From: Deltaproteobacteria bacterium
GTDB lineage: Bacteria; Desulfobacterota; Desulfobaccia; Desulfobaccales; 0-14-0-80-60-11
Reading direction: 5' to 3'
NCBI GenBank assembly: GCA_016874975.1
Contig: VGSQ01000001.1
Span: 3,474-67,473 of the forward strand
DNA length: 64,000 bases
The position numbers and the translations under genes were made by a program. The notes under the pieces are model-generated. The model was not told the DNA's origin. It ran no database searches and saw only the letters and a program-made list of their open reading frames with translations. Numbering within the stretch: position 1 is the first letter of the stretch; the number at the start of each line of letters is the position of its first letter. Of this stretch, positions 36,359 to 45,337 are shown in pieces.

Positions 36359-37910
36359 CTTCCCCTGGTCCGGGCTGGGGCTGGCGGTGGTGCTCCTGGT
36401 GGCTTTGTGCCTTCGTCTGCCGGGTCTGAACGCCGAATCCCTCAGTTCCGACGAACTGTTCATCGTGGACCACGCCCTGGGGGTGCTTAAATCCGGCTAT
36501 CCCCACCGGAGTTTGAGCGGCTTCGAATATCGCCTGTTCACCTATGAGCTGGTGCCATATCCCCTGGCGGTGGTGCTGGGGTTTTTCGGGCTCCAGGAAG
36601 GGTCCCTGCGGCTGGTGAGCCTCCTATGGGGATTGGCCGCCACCGCCCTCCTTTACCTGGCGGGTCGGCGGCTCTGGGACGGGCTCACCGGCTTCGTGGC
36701 GGCCCTCATCTATGCCTGCTCCCCCTGGGCGGTGTGCTGGTCCCAGAACCTCTTCCACCCCGCCCAGGACCAGTTCATGGCCTTTCTGACCATGTACCTT
36801 TTCTACCGGGGCGCCATCCAGTCGCCGGACCTGAACCGCCCCTACCTCGTGGCGGCCGGAGCGGCCTTTCCCCTCACCTATCTGTCCTGGGAGGGCACGG
36901 GCTTCCTGCTGCCTGCCTTTCTCCTCAGTCTGTTCGTCTTTCGCCGGCAAAACTGGAACTGGATGAAATCCGGGGTTCTCTGGGGCATCGCCCTCACCGC
37001 CCTGGTGGTGGTTTTCCTGGAGATGTGCTGGCGGCTGACCGCCATCCCCTCTTATCTGCTGGTGGGGGAAGAATTGAACTACTCCACCACCCCCATGTCC
37101 GCCTTTCTCCTGCCGGACCACGATTTCTGGTTCTTCTGGCGCCAGTTCCTCTGGGGGGAGAACCGGGCCCTGCTGAGCGCCGCGGCCCTGGCGGGGCTGC
37201 CTCTGGCCTGGCGGGACCGGGCCCTGGCCTACTTTCTGGTGCTCACCGGCACCGTGCTGTTCCTGCTCACCTTTTTCATGGAGCATCTCATCAGCCACTA
37301 TTTTTATTTCCTCTTCCCCGGCCTTATCCTGGCGGCCGCCCGGACTCTGCTCACCTATCTCCGGTGGGCCGGCGAACTGGCCGCCCTGCGGGCCCCCTGG
37401 CTCAGAGTCGGGCTCGCCGGAGCGGTGCTGGCCCTTTTCCTGGCCGGGGCCAACAGCCTGGGCCTGAACCTGCAGCGTCTCCCCTACCCGTCGGAGGACG
37501 AGCCTTTCCACGAGCGCCGCAATTATGCCTGGATCGATTTCCGGGGCGCCGATCGCTTTCTGCTCCAGAATCATCCGCCCGGGGAAATCCTCAGCACCAA
37601 CGCCCTGCACCTGCACCTCTTCCACCGGGTCGTGAGCCCGCTGGCCACCCAGGAGCGCCCGATGGTCACGGAGTTTATCGACTTCCGCTCCCAGCCCGCG
37701 GTCTTCCGGGAAAAGTATACCGGCGCCCGGGTGCTGAAGAGTCGCCGGGAGCTGGAAGAAGCCTTCTGCCGCCATCCACGGCTCTACCTCACCCTGAACG
37801 CCTACCGGCGTCTGGCCGACGCGGACCCTCTGTTCTGGTCCTGGCTCCAGAGTCGCTGCACCAACCTCTTTTTCTCCTACGACACCGCCGTCATGCTGTG
37901 GCACCGTTAA
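36345..37910 (+). CDS. GT39/PMT_2 (ArnT-like) GT-C glycosyltransferase
   Basis: 521 aa polytopic; first-loop acidic motif 'SLSSDELFIVDHALGVLKSGYP'. Overlaps the upstream gene by 14 nt. Confidence 0.8.
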   Translation: MPRSNFPWSGLGLAVVLLVALCLRLPGLNAESLSSDELFIVDHALGVLKSGYPHRSLSGFEYRLFTYELVPYPLAVVLGFFGLQEGSLRLVSLLWGLAATALLYLAGRRLWDGLTGFVAALIYACSPWAVCWSQNLFHPAQDQFMAFLTMYLFYRGAIQSPDLNRPYLVAAGAAFPLTYLSWEGTGFLLPAFLLSLFVFRRQNWNWMKSGVLWGIALTALVVVFLEMCWRLTAIPSYLLVGEELNYSTTPMSAFLLPDHDFWFFWRQFLWGENRALLSAAALAGLPLAWRDRALAYFLVLTGTVLFLLTFFMEHLISHYFYFLFPGLILAAARTLLTYLRWAGELAALRAPWLRVGLAGAVLALFLAGANSLGLNLQRLPYPSEDEPFHERRNYAWIDFRGADRFLLQNHPPGEILSTNALHLHLFHRVVSPLATQERPMVTEFIDFRSQPAVFREKYTGARVLKSRRELEEAFCRHPRLYLTLNAYRRLADADPLFWSWLQSRCTNLFFSYDTAVMLWHR

Positions 37911-38019
37911 CCCGCAGGCGGACACGGAGGCCCGCGCATCCCAGCTTTTCCCGAGGCGCAAAAAAAATCACCGGCGGGACGCCGGCGCCACCAGGGTCTT
38001 TGCTGTTCTTGGCGTCCAT

Positions 38020-38061
38020 CCAAAACCCGGAACCCAATACCAAAAACCTGACACCCGGCAC
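38020..38061. repeat. degenerate heptamer tract (CCNNNAC)x6
   Basis: ccaaaac ccggaac ccaatac caaaaac ctgacac ccggcac; related to 4885-4930. Confidence 0.7.
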
Positions 38062-38269
38062 CTCTCCGATTTTTTCCGGGTCGGTTCAGGTCCGGCGCCG
38101 GAGGAGTTAACGAAGTCGGCGCCGCTGCGTCTTATCAGGAGAATTATGTGTGAAACCTGTCCCGCCTGCGCTGGCGAAATCCCGGCGTCGGTGGCAGATT
38201 GTTGACAACCTGGGTTCGGCAAAACCGGGAGCCCGGCAGGGCCTCCGGGCAAGCTTCAAGGAGGATGTA

Positions 38270-39301
38270 ATGTACTACCCTAAAAGAATCCTGGCCTCGG
38301 CTTTGGCCGTCATCATGCTGGCGCTGGTCGCCGCACCGGAGGCCCCGGCCCAGCCCCGCCGCTGCCGGGGCGGCATCTTCAGCCTTTACGGCAACAGCCA
38401 GGTGCCGGCCGAAGCCCCGGAGCTGGCCAGCCCCGACGTGGCCGGCATCAGCGTGCGGCTACACTGGAAGGTCATGGAGCCCCGACCCGGAGCTTACGAC
38501 TGGAGCCTCATCGACCTGGCCCTGGACCTGGCCCGCCGCCATCGCAAAAAGGTGATGATCCGGGTCACCGCCGGCATGTACTCGCCGGACTGGGTCTACC
38601 AGCGGGGGGCGCAGATGGTCACCCCCACCGCGGCCCTGAGGGAGAAGGTGATGCGGCGGCGGCCGGCACTGAGGGCGCAACTGGACCAAGTCAAGGCCCC
38701 GGTGCCCTGGGATACCGTTTACCTGCAACACTGGCTCGCTTTTGTCCGGGCGATGGGAGCCCGCTATCAGAACCATCCCCTTATCTACAGCGTGCAGATG
38801 ACGGGCGGCGGCCTCACCGGCGAAATGGTCCTCCGGCCGGAGTTGGAGTGGCACCGCTACGGCTACAGCGACGCCGGGCTGATCGCCGCCTGGAAGCAGA
38901 TCATCGACACCTACCAGCAGGCCTTTCCCCGCCACCCCACCAACCTGGACATCATGGAGCCCATCCGGGGCATTAGCAAGGTGCTGGACCCCGTCGTGGC
39001 CTATTGTCTGGAGCGCTATCCGGGGAAGGTGTATCTGCAGCAGAACGGGCTGTCCGCCTCAGGGCTGGAGCCGCGCCTGCAAAACATCATCCGCCGGGCC
39101 GCCGCCCGGACCATCGTCGGCTACCAGATGCTGGGGGGACGGGACTGGCAGGACCACAAGGTGGGGGACCGGGGCCGGGCCTTCGACATCGCCCTGGCCG
39201 ACGGGGTCAGCTATGTGGAGGTGTACCGCAGCGACCTGATGGACCCCACCCTGCGGGCCGCGGTGCATAGGCTGGCCGTGGGCCTGGGCTGCGCGCCGTG
39301 A
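38270..39301 (+). CDS. secreted TIM-barrel glycoside hydrolase-like protein (GH42/cellulase-like N-terminus)
   Basis: ATG 38270 after aaggagga. Signal peptide 'ALAVIMLALVAAPEAPAQ'. 'HWKVMEPRPGAYDWSLIDLALDLARRHRKKVMIRVTAGMYSPDWVY'. Confidence 0.55.
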   Translation: MYYPKRILASALAVIMLALVAAPEAPAQPRRCRGGIFSLYGNSQVPAEAPELASPDVAGISVRLHWKVMEPRPGAYDWSLIDLALDLARRHRKKVMIRVTAGMYSPDWVYQRGAQMVTPTAALREKVMRRRPALRAQLDQVKAPVPWDTVYLQHWLAFVRAMGARYQNHPLIYSVQMTGGGLTGEMVLRPELEWHRYGYSDAGLIAAWKQIIDTYQQAFPRHPTNLDIMEPIRGISKVLDPVVAYCLERYPGKVYLQQNGLSASGLEPRLQNIIRRAAARTIVGYQMLGGRDWQDHKVGDRGRAFDIALADGVSYVEVYRSDLMDPTLRAAVHRLAVGLGCAP

Positions 39302-39410
39302 GCCCGGGAGGCGAGCAGAGGAGCGATTTCAGCCACAGCTCCGGGCTTGGCGTGCAAGTGCGTCACCAAGCGGGAGAGGGGGAACGAGGAAGGGATGAAA
39401 ACCCAGCCTC

Positions 39411-39435
39411 AGGGGCGGGCTTCAAACCCGCCCCT
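39411..39435. terminator. hairpin between convergent genes (candidate bidirectional terminator)
   Basis: AGGGGCGGG-cttcaaa-CCCGCCCCT, followed by gcagaacggggttttt. Confidence 0.5.
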
Positions 39436-39471
39436 GCAGAACGGGGTTTTTCACGGCAATGGAAAAGGGCA

Positions 39472-40431
39472 TCACCCCAAACCCGCCGCGGCCAGGGAGG
39501 CGGCAAACCCCCGGGAGATGCGGCAGGTGATCAGGAAGCTGCGGGCGATCTCCCGGATGGCGGCCGAGGCCCGACCCTTTTTCATGTAAATGGGAAAGGG
39601 CGTCATCTGGTTCACCGCGGTCTCCACCCCCGGGTCAAAAGCCAGGGCTCCCAACACCTGGGGCTGGACATTGAGAAAATCGCCGCACACCGTCTGGATG
39701 ATGTCGATGGCTTTCAGGTCCTGGGATTTCTTCACCATGTTGATCAACAGGAAGGCCTGGTAGTCATCCAGGGCCTGTTGGAGCCGGGGCCATTTCTCCG
39801 GGAGCGCCTGGGCCACCCGGTTTTCCAGGTCCCGGATGGACTGCATGCCGCTCTCCGCCCCCTTGTCGCCCACCTGATAGATCAGCCAGAGCAGGTCCTC
39901 ATCTTTGGCGAACACCCGGCAGAGCCGCCGGTACAGAGAGCTCTTGATGAACCCGTAGGCGTTCTGCAGAGAGGTCACCTGATTGGTGAAGACCACGATT
40001 TTCCCCGGCGAGGCGTTGAACATGTCCAGGGTGTTGAAGGAGGTGCCGGCCCCCAGGTCCAGGAGGATGAAGTCGGCGTCCAGGTTTTCAATCTGCTGCA
40101 TGAGGCGCATTTTCTGGGCATAGGTGGGGTTGGCCGAACCCAGGATGTCGTCCGCGCCGCAGATCAGCCCGATGCCCTCCACCTGGGTCTCGACGATGAT
40201 GTCCTCCAGCCGGGAGACCCGCCGCAGCAGAAAATCCTCCAGGGTCGTGGGGGGAAAGCGCACCCCCATCAAGGTGTGGAGGTTGGCGCCGCCCAGGTCG
40301 CCGTCGATGAGGATGACCTTCTTCCCCAATTCGGCCAGGCAGATGCCCAGACCCAGGGTGACGATGCTCTTACCCACGCCGCCCTTGCCGCCGCCGATGC
40401 TCCAGAGTTTGATACGGGATTTTGCGGTCAC
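39472..40431 (-). CDS. MinD/ParA family ATPase
   Basis: 319 aa; GTG start after aaagggag. 'SIGGGKGGVGKSIVTLGLG' deviant Walker A, 'ILIDGDLGGANLH', 'FILLDLGAG'. Confidence 0.88.
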   Translation of the reverse strand: MTAKSRIKLWSIGGGKGGVGKSIVTLGLGICLAELGKKVILIDGDLGGANLHTLMGVRFPPTTLEDFLLRRVSRLEDIIVETQVEGIGLICGADDILGSANPTYAQKMRLMQQIENLDADFILLDLGAGTSFNTLDMFNASPGKIVVFTNQVTSLQNAYGFIKSSLYRRLCRVFAKDEDLLWLIYQVGDKGAESGMQSIRDLENRVAQALPEKWPRLQQALDDYQAFLLINMVKKSQDLKAIDIIQTVCGDFLNVQPQVLGALAFDPGVETAVNQMTPFPIYMKKGRASAAIREIARSFLITCRISRGFAASLAAAGLG

Positions 40432-40460
40432 GACGCTCCCTTTCAGAGACTGCGCTGTTA

Positions 40461-41090
40461 TCAGGGCAACTCGAACCTCTTGGGAAACCTCCCGGTGAAA
40501 ACCCTGATGAGTCCCACAAAGCCGGCGCCCACCATGACCAGGAGCCCCCAGGAACGATAAACGGCCAGGGGGGGCAGCACCTGGCAGGCCAGGCCGCCGG
40601 CCGCCATCCCCGCCGCCAGATAGGTCAGACCGCGGCCGGTGAGAAAAGGCAGGACCCGGCTCTCAGCCGCTTTCAGTTCATCCCACCGCTGCCACAGTGC
40701 CCGCATGTCTCTGGGGGTATGGGCGATGCGGTCCTCCAGGGCCCGGCGCAGCTCCGGCGACAGCTTGGGAAACTCCATCCCCAGCCACAGCAACCGCTGT
40801 CCATTGGTGGACTGCTTGGCCCAACTCACGACGCCGCGGACCTCCAGGTATTCCGGACCCTCCTCCTGGGCTTGGCCGGGCAGCCGCAGGATCGCCTCCT
40901 GTCCCTTGAGGTCCCCCACCTGCAGACTGCTGATGGGTTGGGTGGATTGCACGGTGAGAATGTCGGCCGCCAGATTCCGGATGGTCACCGGCGCCACCGG
41001 CGGCACGCCCATCGGTGGTTGCTTGATCTCCAGGGTGATATCGGCGAGGTCCAGCCCTTCCCCTCCCGGCCCGCTCGACAAGTTGTGCAT
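40461..41090 (-). CDS. PilZ-like beta-barrel protein with C-terminal TM segments (c-di-GMP motifs degenerate)
   Basis: 209 aa; strong RBS ggagaggaggagaag. 'VRGVVSWAKQ...LLWLGMEFPKLSPELRRALEDRI' resembles the PilZ C-terminal strands. No clear RxxxR/DxSxxG. Two hydrophobic helices at the C-terminus. Confidence 0.45.
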   Translation of the reverse strand: MHNLSSGPGGEGLDLADITLEIKQPPMGVPPVAPVTIRNLAADILTVQSTQPISSLQVGDLKGQEAILRLPGQAQEEGPEYLEVRGVVSWAKQSTNGQRLLWLGMEFPKLSPELRRALEDRIAHTPRDMRALWQRWDELKAAESRVLPFLTGRGLTYLAAGMAAGGLACQVLPPLAVYRSWGLLVMVGAGFVGLIRVFTGRFPKRFELP

Positions 41091-41323
41091 CTTCTCCTCC
41101 TCTCCACCATGTCCATTGCCGGCGCTGTTTCCGATGCCCGGACGCCGTATCGCAGACGGTGGTCCGGCCCCGGAACACCCACCTCATGCCGGGTTGCAGT
41201 CGAAGGGCTATTTTTTGCAGCCGCAGTTCCAGGTAATGGGGTTGTTCCAGGAGCAGGGCGATGATTCCGCGCCTCTCCTGCCTGGCGGTCACGGCTTCTC
41301 CCTTCCTCGGTTGCGGCCCGGGC

Positions 41324-42931
41324 TCAGACCTCCGGCGCCTGCTCCTTTCCCAAAAATTCCCGGGCCAGCTTGCCCGCCTTCTCCAATTTTTCCTTAAAAG
41401 AGAGGCCGCTGTTTTCCGGGTTGAGGTCAATGTAATTCTTCAGGCAGAACTGCAACATCTGCACGGCCCGGGAGTCCCGGCCCAAGTCGGGGTTCCTGGC
41501 CAGATAGTCTCGGATCACCTGGCCGCTGCTTAACGGGGCCGGGGGTTCGGGTTCTTGGGGCCTGATGGCGTAATTCCCCTCGGGCGTGAGCCAGGGCGGC
41601 GGCTTTTCGAAGCCGAGGACCGACTCTTCCCCTGCCTTTTTGCCGTTCGACTGCTGCCGCAGGCGCTGCTCGCAGTCCGCCAGCCGGCTCTCCAGTTCCG
41701 CCGCCCGGGAGGAGAGCTTGCCGATCTCAAAGAGCATGGCCTCATAACGGCTGCGTTCCAGGATGACGCGGTCTTCCATCACCTTAAGGACCTCCCCCAC
41801 GGCCTGTTGCATCATGTCGGCAAAGCCAACCTGGGGGACGGCGCCGGGGAATTCCCGCCGTCCCCTTTCCCGGCCCAGGTGTTGGGCCACGGACATGATG
41901 TCCGACAGCCCCAGGTTCATACTCGCCGGTTTCCCCCAGGGGCTCGGGGGCCCGTCGTCCAGGAGCGCGCCGAAACGCTTCCCTTCCGCCGCCTCCCGGG
42001 GCTCCGGTCGCCAAGGCGGGCCCCGGTCTGAATGGGAGTCAGAGGCCCCGGCCGCCAAAGTTTGCAGGTATTCCCAGCGCTCCGGGCGCTGTTTGGCGTC
42101 GCCGTGGGGCGCATGCCAGAGCAGCCCCCGGAGCACCTGGGGATGGGTGAGACCCGCCCCCCAGGCCGCCCGCAACAGGCGCTGGTAATACTCCGTGGGC
42201 GTGGGCGACGGCGCCAGCAGGGCCTGGAGCACGCCCTCATAAGAGGAAACGAAGCGAAAGAGCTCCTCCCAGGACGGCACGTCGGGGGGCGTTCCGTCCT
42301 CCCCCGGCCGGGCCGGCAGGTTGCGTCTTTGCAGAAACTCCCAAAGGGTCGAGCCGGGAAACCCGGGCAGCTGCTCCCAGGGAGGGGTGAGCCACTCCCA
42401 GCGCTCCTGGGTGTCGGGCTCCTGCGATGGCGGCAGCAGCACCGTCCCCCCTTCCCCGAAAACCGTCAACGGCAGGCCGGTCAGCTCCCGGGTGGCCGAT
42501 GGTTGGCGCTGGGGCGGCAGCAGAAAGAAATGCCGCTCCCGCCGGGTCGGCCCCCGGGCTACACAGGCGGACCGCCATTCCCCCAGACTGTTCAGGTGGG
42601 AGCCGCCCTCCTCTCCCCGCACCTCCAGGACAAAAAGTCGGGAGGCGGCGCCGGTGTGCACCGCCAGACCCACCCGGGCCTCGCCCTGCAGCAGGTCCTG
42701 CAGACGCCGCCGCCAGACTTCGGCAGGCTGGCAAAAATCAACCCCCAGGTCGGACTGAGACCCCCCGTTGACCGCAGCCAGGCGCCAGCCCAAAGACAGG
42801 TAGCGGGCGGCGTCCTCCACCAGGTCGTCGGCAAGCTCCAGGCTCTGCTTCAGCCCGAAAATGCGGGCGATCTCGTCCTCCCCCACCCGGACGGTGAAGT
42901 TGTCGGGGGCGACCTTGGGTTCCGAAGCCAT
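41324..42931 (-). CDS. AEP/PrimPol N-terminal-domain-like protein with coiled-coil C-terminus (acidic catalytic pair not conserved)
   Basis: 'YLSLGWRL', 'VGLAVHTGAASRLFVLEVR' (position of the ...VLDVD strand), 'RERHFFLLP', 'GEGGTVLLPPS' and 'ERWEWLTPPW' follow the motif order of bifunctional primase/polymerase N-domains as I remember them. ATG 42931 (alternative GTG 42946). Confidence 0.5.
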   Translation of the reverse strand: MASEPKVAPDNFTVRVGEDEIARIFGLKQSLELADDLVEDAARYLSLGWRLAAVNGGSQSDLGVDFCQPAEVWRRRLQDLLQGEARVGLAVHTGAASRLFVLEVRGEEGGSHLNSLGEWRSACVARGPTRRERHFFLLPPQRQPSATRELTGLPLTVFGEGGTVLLPPSQEPDTQERWEWLTPPWEQLPGFPGSTLWEFLQRRNLPARPGEDGTPPDVPSWEELFRFVSSYEGVLQALLAPSPTPTEYYQRLLRAAWGAGLTHPQVLRGLLWHAPHGDAKQRPERWEYLQTLAAGASDSHSDRGPPWRPEPREAAEGKRFGALLDDGPPSPWGKPASMNLGLSDIMSVAQHLGRERGRREFPGAVPQVGFADMMQQAVGEVLKVMEDRVILERSRYEAMLFEIGKLSSRAAELESRLADCEQRLRQQSNGKKAGEESVLGFEKPPPWLTPEGNYAIRPQEPEPPAPLSSGQVIRDYLARNPDLGRDSRAVQMLQFCLKNYIDLNPENSGLSFKEKLEKAGKLAREFLGKEQAPEV

Positions 42932-42962
42932 CCGCGCACCTTTCACTGCAAACGCTGCTGCT

Positions 42963-43985
42963 TCACTGCACCAGCTTGGGAAGGCCGGCTCTGAGGCCCG
43001 AAGACGGCCCGCCGGTCTGGGTCCCCGGCCCCACGTAAGCCCCCAGGGCCCAGCCCGAAATCGTCTTGTGCGGCGGCCCCTTGACCTCGGTGACCTGGAA
43101 GGCGCAGAAGCCCAAAACCTGCCGCTGCTGGTTGTAGTTGGTGTCGCCGGGAACCACCGGCAGGATGATGAGCCAGTTGCCGTTGTGGACGTTTTCGAAC
43201 TGCTTCTTCATCTCTTTGACCACCGAGGTGTCCACCCCGTTGGTCATTTCGATGAAGTCGCCCACCTTGACCTCGGGGGAAGGGGTGGAGCCGTCCACCA
43301 GTCCCCTGAGATAGCTGGCTGAAGCAGCTTGGTGGAAAAAGGTGTGCCAGCCGCCGGTGTCCGAGGTGTTGGGGTTGAAGGTGACGAACATCTTTTCCCC
43401 CGGGTCGGGCACGTACTTGTCGCCCAGGGCGATGGGAAAGCCCGCCCCGAAGGGGAGCTGCCGGGCCCAGCCCATCAGGGCCACGGCCCGGGCGGTGATT
43501 TCCTGGGTCTCCTTGCCCAGGAGGCGGGCGAACATCAGGGGCACGGGACCGTTCACGCCCGCAGTCCTGCGGGTGGTCACCCGCACGGCGTTGATGCTGT
43601 TGGAGCAGGGGGCCGGGGTGAACCCCCATTTGCCCGTGCTGGGATCGGGCTCCCAAATCCCCACTTCGGCGTCGGCCGTGGGAATGGTGAGCGTCTTGCC
43701 CCCTGCCTGGTTCAGTTGCACCGCCTCCCGGGCGACCTGCTGAGCCAGGTCGCAATGGGTGGTGCCGGGAACCGGCGTCTTGCCGTTGTAGATGAAGAGG
43801 CCCTGGGCCCCGGCGTTGGCCCCGGCGTCGGCCGCGTTCTGGAGCTCAGCCCTAACCACGTAAACATGTCCCACGTCGATCATCAGGCCGATGGCAATGA
43901 GCAGGGTGACCAGACAGAAGGCCAGAAACGGCGCCACCGCACCTTTTTCATCCCGCCCGGCGGCGAGCATAACTCGAGTCTTCAC
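42963..43985 (-). CDS. tadG: TadG-like pilus-associated protein (third copy)
   Basis: GTG 43985 with GGGAGG 8 nt upstream gives 'VKTRVMLAAGRDEKGAVAPFLAFCLVTLLIAIGLMIDVGHVYVVRAELQNAADAGANAGA', colinear with the other two TadG-like N-termini. The track start ATG 44033 lies inside the putative promoter. Confidence 0.72.
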   Translation of the reverse strand: MKTRVMLAAGRDEKGAVAPFLAFCLVTLLIAIGLMIDVGHVYVVRAELQNAADAGANAGAQGLFIYNGKTPVPGTTHCDLAQQVAREAVQLNQAGGKTLTIPTADAEVGIWEPDPSTGKWGFTPAPCSNSINAVRVTTRRTAGVNGPVPLMFARLLGKETQEITARAVALMGWARQLPFGAGFPIALGDKYVPDPGEKMFVTFNPNTSDTGGWHTFFHQAASASYLRGLVDGSTPSPEVKVGDFIEMTNGVDTSVVKEMKKQFENVHNGNWLIILPVVPGDTNYNQQRQVLGFCAFQVTEVKGPPHKTISGWALGAYVGPGTQTGGPSSGLRAGLPKLVQ

Positions 43986-44028
43986 GGCAAACACCTCCCA
44001 GGAGAAACATTTATCCGGAATGAAGATA

Positions 44029-44044
44029 TTCAAGAAACATGCCA
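44029..44044 (-). promoter_or_regulatory. sigma-54-like -24/-12 element with variant -12 (TTGA)
   Basis: Minus strand reads TGGCATGTTTCTTGAA, 15/16 identical in pattern to 57311-57296. It sits about 45 nt upstream of the GTG start of the third tadG. Confidence 0.4.
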
Positions 44045-44378
44045 GCTTGGTAATTTAATAATCTAATAATATTAATATGTTATAAATCTATTCCGGGGTA
44101 GTCGGGAAGGATCGGGGAATTTCTTAAAAGACAATAAGACAATTTCTTTTCAGATGAGAATTCCTGGCCGATTCTTTTTTTCCAATAAGCCCTTTCCATT
44201 GTCCGATGACCTCAACCTGTTGCCTCCTCGTTGCCAAGCTCCAGGTTGGCCGGAGCCTCATCCCCATGCAGATGAGGGCGGCGGTCATAAAATCATTTTC
44301 CGGGGGGTGGCCCCGTTTCGGGCAAGAGCGTTGCCGCGCGCGGGCAAGCAGGGGGGAGTCAGGTGGCGGCGTTCCGGG

Positions 44379-45337
44379 TCATTCCCGGGAAGGCGCCTCT
44401 TTCATCTTTTCCAGGGCCCGGTTCAGATTGCTTTTGGCCTCTTCATAAAAGGTGGGACGGATTTCCAGGGCTTTCTGGAAGCACTTGGCCGCTTCCTCAT
44501 AGCGGCCTTCCTGGTAATAGTGGACGCCGACATTGTTGTACGCCTGCGCTTCGTCGCCCGCTTTGAGGAAGGCCTGGAAGGCCTCGTCATAGCGCTTCAG
44601 GCCCGCCAGAGCCATGCCCAGATAATGCCGGCTTTTGGGGTGCTGGGGGTCGATGGCCAGGCCCTTGTTGAGCCAGGAGACGGCCTTGTGGTAATCCTTG
44701 AGTTGAACGTAGGCTTCGCCCAGGGAGGCCATGGCGGCGTAATTTTTAGGGGCCAGGCGCACGCTTCCAGTTCGGCGATGGCCTCCCGGGGTTTCCCCGC
44801 CGCCAGGTAGGCGGTGCCGAGAAAATAGCGGGTCTGGGGGCGCCGGCTATCCTGCCCCAGGACCTGACGGAAGGTGTCGATGGCCTGGGGATACTGATTG
44901 GTCTGCAGGTGCACCAGCCCCAGGGCTTCGTAGGCCTCCAGCATGTCGGGCCGGGCCTGGATGACCCGTTGCAGTTCCAGGCGCGCCTGTTCGTAATGCC
45001 CGCCCAGCAGGTAAATCACCCCCACTTTGTAGCGGATGTCCACCCGCTCGGGCTGGAGTCGCAGCACCTGAAGATAGTTGACCAGGGAACTTTCGTAGTC
45101 GCGGCTTTGCAGGAGGAGATCACCCAGGGCTTCCCGCCGCTCCGGAGGCATCTCCTGGACGGGTCCGGTCTGTGGCTTGGGGTCTTGGGGAGTGTAAAGG
45201 TCCGACAGTCTGCCCGCCTCTCGGGGACTGAGGCCCCGGACCTTGGGCTCCGGCCTGATCCAGCCGCAGTGGCACAGGGAAAGAGTCAGGAGCGCCAGCC
45301 CCGCAATTGCAATCAGGATGCGCCCAGCCCGCCCCAT
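44379..45337 (-). pseudogene. tadD: TadD-like TPR lipoprotein, interrupted by a 1-nt frameshift near 44763-44766
   Basis: ORF 44597-45337 (lipobox 'LTLSLCHC', TPRs) turns to junk after '...KPREAIAELEA'. ORF 44379-44762 continues in another frame with '(V)RLAPKNYAAMASLGEAYVQLKDYHKAV...'. Joining the two restores a continuous TPR protein. Confidence 0.7.

Noticed and set aside
33140-36463. 1107-aa ORF on the minus strand
   Set aside because: Same reasoning: it is antisense to the flippase, TM/TPR and CBM-like genes and has a low-complexity Gly/Pro/Arg/Gln composition.
38193-38208. TGGCAGATTGTTGACA upstream of the GH-like gene as a sigma-54 or sigma-70 promoter
   Set aside because: The GG to G(A) spacing is one nt short for sigma-54 and the -12 is not GC. 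The TTGACA has no convincing -10 at 16-19 nt.
37968-38252. 94-aa minus-strand ORF, together with a minus-oriented hairpin + T-run at ~37965-37995
   Set aside because: The ORF runs over the degenerate heptamer tract and has no motifs. The hairpin (GCCGGCG-tcc-CGCCGGT followed by T8 on the minus strand) has no minus-strand gene to terminate within 1.4 kb. I note it but do not call it.
40678-41430. 250-aa minus-strand ORF covering the 233-bp gap between the PrimPol-like and PilZ-like genes; its GTG-initiated part (from ~41283) reads VTARQERRGIIALLLEQPHYLELRLQ..., faintly PilZ-N-terminal-like
   Set aside because: Downstream it overlaps the PilZ-like gene in another frame and becomes Gly/Arg/Pro junk. 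The PilZ-like gene has its own excellent RBS and ATG. I cannot show a frameshift joining the two, so it is left unannotated.
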